This document shows positions 26,688-41,538 of a stretch of DNA of 64,000 nucleotides, one piece after another. How positions within the stretch are numbered: position 1 is the first letter of the stretch; the number at the start of each line of letters is the position of its first letter. The DNA lies in NCBI GenBank assembly GCA_964016885.1, contig OZ024740.1, positions 51,150,001-51,214,000 of the forward strand, given 5' to 3'. Origin of the DNA: Eledone cirrhosa (Eukaryota). Both the position numbers and the translations under genes were made by a program. The notes below the pieces were generated by a model. That model had not been told where the DNA came from. It was given only the letters and a program-made list of their open reading frames with translations, and searched no databases.

Positions 26688-27800
26688 TTTTTATTATGTG
26701 CTGTTACAACATTACCAAGCATGGCTGTGTACAGTGTTGTTTTTGGTGTTCTTATTTCTATTGTATTGAGTATTTATTATGTGCTGTTACAACATTACCA
26801 AGCAGAGCTGTGTACAGTGTTGTTTTTGGTGTTCTTATTTCTATTGTATTGAGAGTATTTATTATGTGCGGTTACAACATTACCAAGCAGAGCTGTGTAC
26901 AGTGTTGTTTTTGGTGTTCTTATTTCTATTGTATTGAGAGTATTTATTATGTGCGGTTACAACATTACCAAGCAGAGCTGTGTACAGTGTTGTTTTTGGT
27001 GTTCTTATTTCTATTGTATTGAGAGTATTTATTATGTGCGGTTACAACATTACCAAGCAGAGCTGTGTACAGTGTTGTTTTTGGTGTTCTTATTTCTATT
27101 GTATTGAGAGTATTTATTATGTGCAGTTACAACATTACCAAGCAGAGCTGTGTACAGTGTTGTTTTTGGTGTTCTTATTTCTATTGTATTGAGAGTATTT
27201 ATTATGTGCGGTTACAACATTACCAAGCAGAGCTGTGTACAGTGTTGTTTTTGGTGTTCTTATTTCTATTGTATTGAGAGTATTTATTATGTGCGGTTAC
27301 AACATTACCAAGCAGAGCTGTGTACAGTGTTGTTTTTGGTGTTCTTATTTCTATTGTATTGAGAGTATTTATTATGTGCGGTTACAACATTACCAAGCAG
27401 AGCTGTGTACAGTGTTGTTTTTGGTGTTCTTATTTCTATTGTATTGAGAGTATTTATTATGTGCGGTTACAACATTACCAAGCAGAGCTGTGTACAGTGT
27501 TGTTTTTGGTGTTCTTATTTCTATTGTATTGAGAGTATTTATTATGTGCGGTTACAACATTACCAAGCAGAGCTGTGTACAGTGTTGTTTTTGGTGTTCT
27601 TATTTCTATTGTATTGAGAGTATTTATTATGTGCGGTTACAACATTACCAAGCAGAGCTGTGTACAGTGTTGTTTTTGGTGTTCTTATTTCTATTGTATT
27701 GAGAGTATTTATTATGTGCGGTTACAACATTACCAAGCAGAGCTGTGTACAGTGTTGTTTTTGGTGTTCTTATTTCTATTGTATTGAGAGTATTTATTAT
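26688..27800. repeat. 85-bp minisatellite, about 13 near-identical copies
   Basis: Unit TTTATTATGTGCGGTTACAACATTACCAAGCAGAGCTGTGTACAGTGTTG...GAGAGTA. ORF starts recur every 85 nt. Confidence 0.97.
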
Positions 27801-30039
27801 TTGCCTGTCATCCTTTCGAGGTCAATAAAATAAAGTACCGGTCAATTACAGCGGCCGATATAATGAACTTTCACTTTCCCCTAAATTACTGGCCTTGTGC
27901 CTAAATTAGAAACAATTATTATTTCTTTGACAGTTTCATGCAAGTTTCTACTGCATCACCAGATTCACCTGTGTATACCTGAGGTGTGCAGCATTGTGTT
28001 CCTATTTTTGTAAGCAGCAGTTGGGTGGTGGAGCTCTAGTATAGACTTTTCTTATAGACTGTACTGCATCAGTCTTATTTTGTTGCTGTTATAATCATTA
28101 TCATCTATAATATTATTCTGCTTATCACTCACTATATGTGTTCGAGTGTTACACTTTCAACAAGCTTAAATATGGAATAAAAGAGAAGACATAATTGAAA
28201 TCTTTAATATAATGAAATGTTCTGGAGATCTTCAAAATAGAAATAACTTTTGTAAAATGGATTGGCAGTATCAGGCGCCATGCTTTCCAATTGAGTTTCA
28301 ACAAAGATCTTAGAGTGAGCACTTTTCTAAGTATATATGCTGTGCAAGACAGAGAGTATTTTGTGATTTGAGGTCTATTTACATAAGATACCCTCTTAGA
28401 TTTAATGGCATTGAGCCTAAAGCTGTGATGACAACTGGAATGATTTTGAAGTTGTTAGGTGCACATCTTCCTTGAGTTGGTGAATGCCTAGAGCCCTAGC
28501 TAGAATGAGCTATGAAGTTCATGTTTCAAAGAATGGCATTAGCATTATTTTATTTTTATAGTTCCACATCTTATATTACATCATCTTTGGATACAGTTTT
28601 CCAAAAGTCCTTTACCCATTTTCTCTCTCTCTTCCTCATACACACACATGTAATGGACCTCTTCACAGTTTCCATCCACCAAAGTCTACTTATAAGGTAT
28701 TGGTCAACTAAAGACTATAGTAGAAGACATTTTACCAATGCACCATACAGTGAGATCAAACACAGATCCATATGGTTCTGAAGCCAACTTCTTAATCACA
28801 CAACTATGCAGAAGTGTCTTATGTAACAAAGTAAATGTGATAAACTATTTGTAAAGAGAATAGCATCTACAAATAGAAGCCTGTGCTTCTGCAGCTTATC
28901 TCCTCCCCTGTGAGACATATCAACACACTTGTTCCTCTCTTGGATTGCACCTTCAACCAATATACCAAATTATTGATGCCTAACTTCAGTGTAAATGAAG
29001 CATATAGTTGATTGAATTAACTCCAGTAAATTATTTGAACTTAGTTTGTTGATACTAGATGGACTAAAAGCATTGTAGTGATGAAAAAGATATTGCCACA
29101 AATAAATTATGAATAATTACTAAGTATATGGAGCTCACCAGATATACTTTGTTACATCAAACACTACTACTGTTTATTATTAGAAAACAGAATTGCAGAG
29201 TGTCAGGTTGTATTGTTCTAGCTGTTTACATTCTCAGTTCAATTCCTGTTGAGATTAACTTAGCTGTTTCCCCTTCCTAGGTTAATAAAATAATGTACTG
29301 GATCAAGTACAGGGGTTGATTTAATCAACTTGACCCACCTCCAAAACTTCTGGCATTGTACTTATGTAAGAAATCACTATTAGGTCGCACTATTGCAGCA
29401 TTAATGTCCTGTGTGCTGTGCCTCAATCTGAGCAATAACATTATTAATTCTATGGCAAGTCCTCCTTTAACCCTTTTATTACCATATGAAAACACTAAAA
29501 GAGACTCTCTATATTTTGGAAATAAGCAATAATTTTGCACTTAGTTAAAAAAACATAAAAGTATTTACATAAAATTATCATGGAGGTTTGTTAATAAATA
29601 TAAACACATTGAAATAGACAGTTTTTTATCATACAACCAGGGACAGTTTCATGTGGTTTGGTATTGAAAGGTTTAACTGCAGCTAAATCACACAGGACAA
29701 ATATAAAAGATTTTTCATGCTAGTATATGAAGACATTAAATGTGAAAAAATCAACCCTCTCAATCATTGTTAATTCTCTTATGTATAACTTCATTGTTTA
29801 TAATTTTTATTTCACTACTAATGTCATGTTCACTTTTCTTTATTTTTAGTTGCATAAATATGAAATTAGTTTCATCTAAAGATTAAAACTGAAAAGTATC
29901 TGGAGATATAATATACAAAATTTTAATTTTTTTAGTTTCTAGGCTCTGTGATCTTTAAGAAAAATGTTCTATTGGTCTATCATACATATTTCCAAATGAG
30001 ATTATAAAATAGGGCACATAAAAGTTCAGAAAAGTGAAA

Positions 30040-30300
30040 GTTCACCACTCAGGAGATGAGGAGTACAATTATGCTGGCAGACAGGAACCACTCCTTGCGG
30101 AGAAAAGACAGAAGCTTGCCAAAACCATCTTTCAGGGCACAGTTGAAGGAAGGTGAAGAAGAGACGGACAAAGAAAATCCCTGACTGACAACATCAAAGA
30201 CTGGTCTGGTCAGAACACTGCGACACTTCTACACATGACTGAAAACAGAGACCAATGGCAATGACTGACTGCAAAAGCATCTAGAGTGGCACCCCAATGA
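30040..30300 (+). mobile_element. RTE-type LINE 3' remnant
   Basis: KTIFQGTVEGR.RRDGQRKSLTDNIKDWSG-like C-terminal motif. Confidence 0.55.
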
Positions 30301-33300
30301 CTGGCTGTACCAGTTGGTTACCATGTAAATAAATCATTTACCCCATGATTAAACAGAATACTTTATATTCTTATGGAATGAACTGAATGTGGTGTCAGTC
30401 ATGCCTTTCCCAAGGGTATTGATTACATAAGAAAATTGAAATGGTTTCATCCGAGGGTCTAATTTGGGTTGGGAGTTTGTCTCATCATGTTCTATAGCAT
30501 ATGCTATGTTACTAATCATCATCATCGTCATTTAACATCCATCACATTATGAGACAAGTCAGGTCTGGAGACCATGTCTTGCTTATAAGGATCTGTATTT
30601 TGGTTTGGTTTCTCCATCTGGATGCCCTTCCTAATGCCAACCATGTCAGAGTGTGGACTGGGTACTTTTTATCATGGTACCAAAATGTCCATCTAACAGG
30701 GTGGACTGAGTGCTTTTTATTGTCACCAGCAAGACTCTCCAGCATGACTAAATTAGTGAAAAGAAAAAAAGAAATGTGCTTATGGTTATTGAAAAGTATA
30801 ATATATTTGCATTGTGGATTGACAGTATCAGTAGAGTATCAGACGCCATGCTTTTCAGCATAGAGTTATGGCCCTCTACGTTCTGAGTTCAAATCCCACC
30901 TTTCATCCTTATGGGGTCGATAAAAATAAAGCACCAATAATGCACTGGAGTAATTGCTAGCCTTGTGCCAAAAGTAAAAAACAATTATTACATTTGTAGA
31001 CAATTGAGAATTCTACAAAAACACACATTCACAGATACATACATACACACATAAGGCAGGAAGTACAGCCTCTCATGCACACATGACCACATTTTGAAAG
31101 TTATGAACCAGAGATGCCTGATGGCCAGTAAAGATAGTGCAGCCCTTAAACATTCCCAGAATGCAACTGAAAATGTTGATTCTTATATATTTCTCTGGAT
31201 GCATGATATAACACACCATAGAAAGTTAATAAAAATTGCAAAGATATGATCTTTCTATGCAACATGAGGTTTTTGCTAAAACAATATACACTGTAATGAT
31301 TATGAATGAAGTAACTACTAAGATTTATAACGTAAAGTAATATTAGACATTTATAAGTACCAATTAGACATTATAAGTACCAATTTAAGAAAGATAAGAA
31401 AACCAAGCCTACAAAATCTGCTTGTTTCTCTACTGTCTCAAATTGATTCTATAAAGTTTATTACTAATATACAGTCTTTCTTTCTTTGCTTGTCCACAGT
31501 GGTAGTGAAAGGACTGATGGGGTGATGATATAAATGTTCTAGCAACAGATTAAGATTACCACACAAGAACTTTAAATGTAAACCACTCTAAACATTCCAC
31601 CAATTCACCATTTTGGACTGGTACTCTATTTTATAGGCCCGAAAGAATGAAAAATGCAAAGTTGATCTCGGCAGGATTTGAACTCAAAAAGTAAAGAGCT
31701 GCAACTAAATATTACAGGGCATTTTATTCTATATTCTAATGACTGACAATTCACCTTCAATGTAGCCTATTCAGAGAGAGAGAACAAAGATAATTGACCC
31801 CAGCTTGTGATAGATAATTTATTTCTCCATTCTAAAGAGATGGAAGGCAAAGTTGATCCCAGCAGATTTTGAACTCAAAGTGGAGAAAGCTGTAACAAAT
31901 ACTGCAAGGTATTCCACCCAATGCTCTAACAATTCTACCTGTTTGCCATTTTATCAACATACAAGAATAACTTGAAATATCAGAAACACTTTTGACTGAG
32001 TACATTCACACAGTTCAACATAACGAATATTAGTGGAATTTTTCCATAAATATCTTTGCCAAATACAATGTCAACAGCCTGTAAATAACTGTTAGGAAAA
32101 GAAAACAGAAATTAGGTACTGTTGTAAAGGTCAGCTGCCCAGCAAATGTAAATATTTTATTCAAAATCAATGAATAAGATGACATTTATGGACAAGTGGT
32201 TGAAAACATATAGGTTCTCTACTCATATTATAAATGTTCAAGTATACTTGTAATCACTGGAACATCTCATTATGTTGCTAAGTGTTTGAGTGTAATCGTG
32301 AAAGATTAGGGTTTTCAGATGAAGAAATACACCATCTAGTATGTATTCTGCTAATTCAATATACCAGTGGGACATTGAAAACATTAAAAACTTTTCAACT
32401 GGTTGGTATATTACTCTGTACTATTGGTGATATCTAAAGTCCAATAATAGAACATTATTTTTTGTTAAAAAGTGACCACTTTTACATAGACTAATTATAT
32501 GAAATCCTTTAAACAAACCCTTCCAACATCCATATACATGCACACAAAACAAAGAATATATATGAACTAAACAGCACTATACACTCTAAACTTTTGACAG
32601 GCAACATCTTTGAAACAAACAAGAGAAATGACCCTGCTTTCGTATAATAGATTTTACCTAAATGAAAAGATATCAGTGTTAAAATGGCCAAAAGGGCAGT
32701 GGCAGAATTGTTAGAGCATCAAGCAAACTGCTTTATGTCATTTAGTTCAAATGCTGCCATGGTCAACTTTACCTGTCGTCCTTCCAAGGTCAATAAAATA
32801 AAGTACCAATCAAGTACTTGGTCGATATAATCAACTTTCCCCTCCCCCAAAATTGCTGGCCTTGTGCCTAAATTAGAAATCAGCTTCCACCTGACTAAAA
32901 ATCCAAAATCTTATGACTGAAATCCAAAGTCATCAGATCTAACAAGCATTGGGGAATAGTTGTCCTTTGATGTCTACAAATTTGGCTTCAGTGATTTCCT
33001 TTATACTATAGTAGTCTTTCCAGCAATGCTTCCTAACTGCCATGTATTTGACCACATGACCAGCTTGACCAATGAGAATTGACACAGTGTGTTGTGGATA
33101 CAGTTGCAAGTATTCACTAAATATTGCTTTACTGATTATACAGATAATTCAGACACTTGAAATAACAAAGGAGTGAGTGATCAATTGATTTCCAATGTGT
33201 GCGTGTTGGAGAAAACAGACATTAAATAATGATGAGGATGGTGAGGATAAAACAGACTTGATGCAAACTGAAATGGTAATCCAATCAGGTAATACATGTC

Positions 33301-34978
33301 CCGCTTGTGTATTAAAGAGTAATCATGATTTGAGAGTTTTACAAGTGAAATAGGTGCGAGGAAAAGTTTTAATGTGTATATATGCATGTGTGTGTGCTTT
33401 TAGAAGTATGTGTGTACTTTACATGTGATGGTGTTTATCCATTGTGGCTAGTATATGGCCTGTCTCTGTGTGTGTTTTGGTGTATGTCTGTATATGGGTG
33501 CTTGGTATATATGTATTCATATGTCTGTACATGGGTGGTTGGTATATATGTATGTATACATGGTGCATGTTTGTATATGTGTCAGAGTTTTGTTGAATAT
33601 TGATGACTGGTAAGATTGTGTTGTGCATGTACATTTGAGAAAGCATGCAATTAAGGAAGGTTAAGTTAGGTGTGTGAGCGTGCATGTTGTTTGCTTAGTA
33701 AATGTGTGAAATGAGTTTGTGTATGTGTGTGTTGGTTTTTGTTGACTTGCAATAGCTTAATGCGACTGTGTGTATTTGTGTGTAGTGTAATATTTTATAT
33801 GAGCAGTTACAGAAAATTAAATTGAGAGTTTAATCCTTATGGGTCGGAAGTTTCAAGAATAATAATTGATAACTCTAACCATGTTTTCAGTGAAAGCAGG
33901 AAATGGAGAATCCTTTATATAAAGCATGGCTGAAAATGGAGAGGTGTCACAGGATATGATCACCTGAGCAAAAATGGTAGGCAACAGGAGATACATTGTA
34001 GAATCAAATGTCTTGGTGAAGGTTTGTAGTTAAGGTATTTGACTCAGCCTTGTAAAGTTATGAGTTTGATTGTAGGTGATGGTACATTGATCATGCTGTT
34101 TTGTTACATTTTTCAGAACATTGAGTTAGAATGAAGCAAATATGAATGAAGGCAGTTAAAATGGTAATTGTATCAAAGTCAAAACAAAAACAAAAATCAT
34201 GAAGACAGCATTGATAGATTTACAAGTGATTTCATTGGTGAAGTTGAAAAACTATTAGGTAGAAGATGAATTTAAAATGTAAAGATTTTATGAATAGAGT
34301 AACAAAAATACATAAAACATATGAAAGTTTGATAGTAAATTTATTTAAAACCTGTAATATTTATAGTTTATGAGGAAATTATTCTTAGTAAGATTAATTA
34401 TTTTGACACCAACCCACCCTCATGCAGTGGGGTTGCAACTTGTCTACAAGTCAACGTAGTAAAAGCAATTGAAATGTTTCAATCTTATTTGGATTTCCCC
34501 AGAAAATTGAAAATCTGTTAAACTAGAATAGGGCCAAATGTATATAGGAAGGGGAAAGAAACTCTCCCCCACCCTCCTAGCGACAAGCCTGTTGCAAAGA
34601 TAAAACAAATGCTTTTTAATGTTACTTTTCTTATCATGGATAATTATCATGAAGAATGTTTTTTTTATTTTTGTTATTCAATTGTACGTTCTGCTCTTTG
34701 ATTGTGTTTTGAATATATTGTGTAAAAATATACGTTCACCATGATGTAAAAGTGTTATCCCGAGTATAACTCAGAGTATTGACGAACAGATATTAAATGC
34801 TTCAGAATGTTGTATTACAAATAAATAAAAACATCCAGAAAAAAGGAGGCTAGCAGTCCGAGATATTCTTTTATTGCTAGCATCTCTAGATTTCAAATAG
34901 ATGGGCATTCTTTCATTTGTACAAACCATAGAAACAAACAAACAAGCAGGTAGAGACGGGCATTTAATTACACACACA

Positions 34979-35019
<41 letters not shown>

Positions 35020-35874
35020 CATTCATATTCTACTCGATTTAAGTAAAACACAGTGTAGAGTTTATATAAATAGCCCATTGAAGCAAAGCGAAATTTGCTT
35101 TTATGGAATAGTGCTATCTTATTACATGTTGTCAAGTATTACAAAAAAAATACAAAAAACTATCGTTTAACAATTGATTAACTACTAAAGACTGTCATAT
35201 TTATTTTCATTGTTCAATATTATACACACACAAAACATTCCTATACATACAAACTTACGTTTTCATGTGTGTGTGTGTATATGTGAGCGGTTCAAGTTAC
35301 ACGTTTAGATACTTTGTATGAATCAGAAAGGAAAAAAGGGAGAAAATAGGAAGAGAATTCATGTTTATTGTCTAAAAAGGAAATGCTACGATAAAAAGGA
35401 AAAGGAAAGATATGCGTGCAATGCGTTAAGAAGACGGGAATTTCACATAGCTTCACCTCCACCACCCTATCCACAATATTGTGAAACTAAAATGAGATGG
35501 GATGGTGTTACTTGGTTCCGTAGTTTAAAGGGACAAGCTGATAATAAAGCAGGTATTTATATGAGTAAGGGAGATCGGAACGGTTCGGCTAAAGCGGAGA
35601 TGGAGATGACATTCATCAGAATACAGAAACAGGTCAGGCATGAAGTTATGAATGAAATGTAGTAGAGTAGAACATTGCCAAGGAGGAAATACCCCCAGAT
35701 GACAATGCTATTACTTTCTTTTGAAAATATTTATTGATTACAAACGTACAGTGGATTTTCAAGGGTCATACGCTGGGTGCTTTATATTATAGTACCAATA
35801 TGCTACAAGTCCTAATCTAATCCGGTTCTTAATTAAGAGCAGATTAAGTCCTTTTGAAACATTCTGATTTACAA

Positions 35875-36001
<127 letters not shown>

Positions 36002-36659
36002 TTTGTGTGCGCGTGACTTTCGATTCCCGGTGGCACGTTGTGTTCTTGAGTAAGACACTTTATTTCACATTATTCCTGTCTACTCAGCTGGAAAAAATTA
36101 GTTGTACTTGTAATCAGAAGGGCCAGTCTTGTCTCATTCTGTGTCACGCTACATCTCGCTGGGAAGAATGTTAAGGGTACGCGTGTCTGTGGAATGCGCA
36201 GCCACTTGCACGTTTATTTCACGAGCAAGTGTTCCGTTGATTGAATCAACTGGAACACTCGTCGTCGTAACCGACGGAATGCTTTTTTTTTCTTTTTGTC
36301 TTATAGTCCACGTATTATGAATAACCTCCAAAAAAAACCCTGCTCCGGTAATGCTACCGGGCTGCATTGCTTGTTCTAGATAAACTCTAGTGGCATGGAA
36401 GTGTTGTCAGCCTGGCGAACCGTTCTATATGCACCCGTTCAATATCCAAGCAAATCGGATTAAATCCCTTTGGAGCCCTAACCACTTAAAAGATGTTGGT
36501 GCACACTTTTTTTTATGTTTTATGTAAAATATAACAGGTAAAAGAGTTAAAATACATGTAATTTGAAAAAATGGTGGCACTCTTCTCTTGATACCCTAAT
36601 CATGTGCTTATTTTGTTGTCGCGTACAGGGTAGATCCGGCTGTCGGCCGAGTTCATCGT

Positions 36660-36693
<34 letters not shown>

Positions 36694-38502
36694 TCCTTTG
36701 ACGGGATGTGGGGAAGGGAAAACATTCTTCTTGTTTAAAAGAGGTTGTGAAGTGGACAGAACTGAATGGACAGACATACTTTCCTCTTTGACCAAATACT
36801 TATTCTTTTAAATTCCACTTGTGGAGGAAAGTAAAGATAGAGGAGATGCTGCCCACCAATAATTTATTAGGTAGGTGAAAGTGGCTAGCATGGCAAAAAT
36901 GAAGGGGTCTATTCTCGACTTGCACTGATAGGCCGGAGAATGACAGTTGGAAGAGGGTGCTTGCCCTTAGTAGTCAGAGTAATCCTGGATCTGTGAAGTT
37001 TCTTGATTGGTTGTAGATGACGGAACCTCTTTTCTGGGAACTCGTAGCACACATTTTGTGTATTATGTATATAATTTTTCTTTTTTTCCTTCATCTAATT
37101 TCAATGTAAATCCCTGCAATTTTTGTAACCTATCCCTGTCGCCCGTATGATAAATAAAAAATTATTAATATCATTGAGTCAGTCCTGAAATGAGCCATAG
37201 GCTCTAGACATTTTTTCATAAAAAAAAAAAAAAACACAATTTTACAGTAATCAACTCTCCATTATTACAATGCTACCGTTGTCAAAATAGGCAAATTATT
37301 CTTACTCCAACAATATCTATTTCAATTGTCAATATCTATTTCGAACTCTTGATCTATCTACCGGCTGGCCGGTTGTTCGTTTCCTAATAGGTGTGCAGTA
37401 TTTAATAACGGTCCTTTACGTTCCGAGTTCAAATCTCATCGTTCTGGAGATTGATAAAATGATGTACCAGTCATATACTAGTTCGATTTAATATTCCTAT
37501 AAAGCATCCTAGATGTGAAAGGAGTTATACAAGAAACGAGTTATACAAGAAACGAGTCTGCACGATCTCAGAAGTGTAAACATGAAATTTGATAGTATAG
37601 AGGACCTCCGGATATATAAAAAGGATTATTGATAGGGGGGGGGGGTGCACTTCGCAAATAAGACCCGGGGGATATTTTCTGAGCTTTGGGGGGAGGGACT
37701 TATATGCCATCAAACACAGCAGCTTTATCCTGTTCTCTACATCATCCGCAACGAAAGCATTCGTCATATTTATTTATATATTTTTTATTTTATATATGCG
37801 TGTATCTAGTTATTTGTATACATATATTACTGTATAGGTTTTCGCGCACACACACGCACACATCATCATCATCATCATATCATATCTCTCTGTGTTTATG
37901 TTTATATGTAACATCACCTCAAGAATGGTCATATAACAAACAGGGTCGGATTAAGCTTGCGAGTGACGCCCGGCCGAAAATTTCATCGGGGTTGTTGCAT
38001 ATTATTCATGATAACCAAAAAGTTAATTTAGGGCCCCTTGGTTACATCCAACTCACCTCACCCTTCTAATACGCTACTGATTGCATGCTGTTTGTGTATA
38101 ATTGTGTGTGTGTGTATGCATGCAAGCACACAAATAAACAAAGAATAGGTACTGCTACTCTTCCAATTATTTCTACATTTGACTCACGGCCAGCAATTTG
38201 AAGGAAGGATAAAGTTGATTAAATCGACCCTAATGCATTACTGGTACTTTATTTTATCTACCCTGTAAGGATGAAAAGCAAAACTAACCTCGGTGGGATT
38301 TGAACTCAGAATGTGTCGCGAAGCACGTTGTCCAATGATCTACCGATACTGCCAATTCACTGCCCGCCTCAGTCTAATTAATAATAAATATATGTATATA
38401 TGTGTGTATGTGGAATGATGGAGGCTAGAAGAGGTAACTAACAGAAACCTCCGAGCTCGAGGTAGATCCTCTTCACACGTGTAGGTCTGAACAGGTAAAC
38501 AT

Positions 38503-38555
38503 TTTCTACAAACCCGGTTTTCAGGAGTGTCTACACACCCTTTTGTCGGTAGAAA
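38503..38555 (-). ncRNA. Type I hammerhead-like motif with degenerate core
   Basis: TTTCTAC (C)CGACAA aa GGGTGT-gtag-ACACTC ct GAAAAC-cgg-GTTT GTAGAAA. Confidence 0.55.
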
Positions 38556-39330
38556 GGGGCTCTTTTAAGTAAAAGAAACATTTTTAAAAAATAAATAATA
38601 AACCGTTCTAATTCTATTATCGCTCTGTTTTTTCTAGGTACATAATGTACACACTACACGTATATACTTAAAACCTATACATAAATCTTATATTTAACGT
38701 TAACTACTAAATTACATATGAGCAGTTGGAACATCCATCGGTTTTGACGATGGGTGTTCTAGTTGGTCGAACAACAGAACTGGCTACTAGTGAAATGAAT
38801 GTGCAAGTAGATGAGCATTCCACATACACGTGTACCATTAACGTAATTCTCGGATGAGGGGGGGGGGGGTCTGGCCCTTTGAATCAAATCACAGGTACGA
38901 TTCATTTTTGTCAGCTGTGTGGACTGGAGCAAAGTGAAATAAATTACTTTGTTGAAGGATATTATACGCCACCGGGAAATATGAACAATTTGGAGAGGGC
39001 TTATATCTGAAATCTAGTCTGGGTCTCTTTCCACCTTTGCACGACTGAGAGAGAGAGAGATCCTAGTATGATAACACCACAGATGAAGCTTCAATTTTGT
39101 AAACAAACTTTTAACCTTTTATAAACACAACACACACATACATTTATGTGTGTGTGTGTAGGACAGTATTCATTTTTTTTAATTAAGTTATAAGTGTCTG
39201 TCCGTAGAGAGAATAACTTCTTAAATTAGAAAGTTTTAAAAAAGTTAAAAGAGTCAAGCACGGGAAAAGGAAAATACGTTAAAATATACGAATAAATAGT
39301 TATATATAAGGAAAAGTATTTTAAACTCAC

Positions 39331-39450
39331 AACTTGGATGGAGAGTGGTGTACTGAAATCAATTCCTCCTTGCAGTCGGAACCCCCAGGATATACCTGGA
39401 TCTGCCCTTTTTAGGGAGATATTTAGGGTTCCAGCTTGTGTGTATTCCAT
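39331..39450 (-). CDS. First coding exon of a PDZ-domain (PDZ-LIM / ALP-Enigma / Zasp-like) protein
   Basis: Translates MEYTQAGTLNISLKRADPGISWGFRLQGGIDFSTPLSIQV. WGFRLQGGxDFxxPLxI is the carboxylate-binding signature of PDLIM/Zasp N-terminal PDZ domains. A GTGAGT donor follows immediately (39330-39325, phase 0). The ORF-track extension past this point is intron read-through. Exon 2 was not found in the window. Confidence 0.9.
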
Positions 39451-39886
39451 TTTAGTTTAAATTATCAGCAAACAATAACTAAAATAAATCACGAAAACAG
39501 TTTGAATTTCTCTGTGATGTATAGGAAAGCTTCAATTGATGTTTTTCTCTCCAAATAGATGGAAAGGAAGAAAAAAGGTTCGAAAGCAAAATTACAGAGA
39601 AATTCTTTGAAAATAAGCTCAATGACGACGAAAACTTGGCGTGTCCGTGGAGGAGGCGATCTGCTGTGCTTTTCCTTTAAAAGCCAGCAGCCAAGAAGCA
39701 AAAGAACGCAGTTTTGTTTAATTTGTTTGTTATGTTTTGTTTTGTGTTATTTTACTTAAGGATAGTTGGTTAGCTGGTTGGCTGGCTGGTGATCAGCGTA
39801 CTTATTTTTACAGAAAGTTTCTAAATTCTGCCAACTATAACAGAAGGTATATATTGGGTTTATAAAACAAGTTCGCTGGAAAACAT

Positions 39887-39944
<58 letters not shown>

Positions 39945-40003
39945 CACACACATTAACACACCACCCTCAACCAGTGTTACATACATTCATACCAATTGGT
40001 GGC

Positions 40004-40011
40004 TGACGTCA
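40004..40011. promoter_or_regulatory. Perfect CRE palindrome (TGACGTCA) about 550 bp upstream of the PDZ start codon
   Basis: Motif present, next to CCAATTGG, in non-repetitive sequence upstream of the exon. Function not shown. Confidence 0.25.
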
Positions 40012-40809
40012 TAAACAGAGAAAGGCAAAGAAAAAATAAGAGAAGGGAAGGGAAAGAATGTGTATATTTATGTAATTGTGTGTGCAAGTGTGTATTTTCT
40101 AGCCATCCTTTATACAGGTTACCGGTAAGAAAAGCTAGTAATATCAGTGGGCTAAACAAATTAGGTGCATTCTATTGTTGTAGTTGTGACTGTAGTGGTC
40201 AATTCGGTGAAGTCTGTTAATTAGTGTGAGGGTGATGAGGTGATTGGAAGTTGGGAATAAAAGTATTTCATCCCTTTATTTGTTTTCTTTACTTTTGTTA
40301 ATTTTCCTTTCAATATGTGAAAGGATGTCAGTAATAAGAGAAGGAAAATATTGACTTTTTACACTACAGCAAGCAATTGATATTATCACTGTACTAACAA
40401 GTACGCGATAGTAAAATTGTCACATACATTCATACATTTAATTGTTTCTACTTTTGGCACAAGGCCAGCAATTACCCAGTGCATTACTGGTAATTTATTT
40501 TATCGACCCCGTAATGATGAAAGGCAAAGTTAACCTCGACGGGATTTGAACTCAGATTGAAAAGGGCCGTAACTCTATGCATCAAAGCATGGCGTCCGAC
40601 CCTCTACCGATACTGCCATGCTACACAGATGCACACGAAAGATCGGAATTAAATTATAGTAAATAGTCGTGTGTGTGGTTTATTAAAACTGATCCAGCAC
40701 TCTCAGTGTCCTCTGTATACTAATTTCCTCAAACTGTTAAAGATTGGATATAGAGTTCAACGGATTTTTAAAAACTTGTAAGATACATGGAAAACTTAAG
40801 AATAATAGG

Positions 40810-41245
40810 TTGTCTGGTTAACTGTGGGGCTGAGGAGGGGGGGGGGGGGCTCTTTCTGGAAATAGGGGTTTCCTGGCTCAGGAACAAGGCGGCCGTTCTA
40901 ACTAGGATGAAGAAAGCTTGACTGGAAGTGCCAATGGATTCGGATCAGGGGGGGGGGGGGGTAGCTGAAGGACTCGGAGCTAAGGAGACTGCATACTATG
41001 CATCATATGTGAGTGGATAGGACCCTGTTCTTAGATAGGAAAGTTGACTCCGACGTTACCAGACAGAGCGTTCACAAAGTGGTCGGAAATAGTGACAGGT
41101 GCCTGTCCATCGACCCCGAGACGGGAATCATTCCAGCGGAACACAACTGGAAACGATTGGCAGTTGATTGACTGCGTTGGCCGAATTGGCTGTTGATTGA
41201 CTGCGGACTGGGGCGGATGGTAATATGGGAGGAACTAAAGAAAAG
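40810..41245 (+). mobile_element. Decayed RNase H/integrase remnant of a related older LTR element
   Basis: Translates to pieces such as LFLEIG, CLSIDP, NWKRLAVD and DCGLGRMVIWEE, matching the intact element's LEIG, CQSIDP, DWKRLAVD and DCGPGRMAIWRE. Confidence 0.75.
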
Positions 41246-41538
41246 TGTGGGTATGGTGTGGCGTGCGGTGGCCGGAGGCGGGGGAGTGCTCGACCGGAAG
41301 GGGGTTTGGCCGGAAGGATGCTCGACCGGAAGGGCCAGCAGAGGGCCTCTCTTTAGTGGTGACCAGCAAACGGTGTTAAGCAGTTGGACGCACGTGGAAG
41401 AGGAGTAACCTGCAGTGGAGTTTAGCGGCGCCTACGAAAAGCGGTAAGTGAGATAGCTTTTTCTAACCACAAGCTATTTCGGCGACTGAAAAAAAAAAAA
41501 AAAAAAAAAAAAACACTTGCCGCAAGACAAATCAGGAG

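Noticed and set aside
26688-27800. CRISPR-like array or repeated 70-aa ORFs
   Set aside because: Units are contiguous and near-identical with no unique spacers. A period of 85 is not a multiple of 3. No cas genes, and the context is eukaryotic.
35575-35625. CTGATGA...GCCGAACCGTT on the minus strand as a hammerhead
   Set aside because: Stem II does not pair and GAAA is absent.
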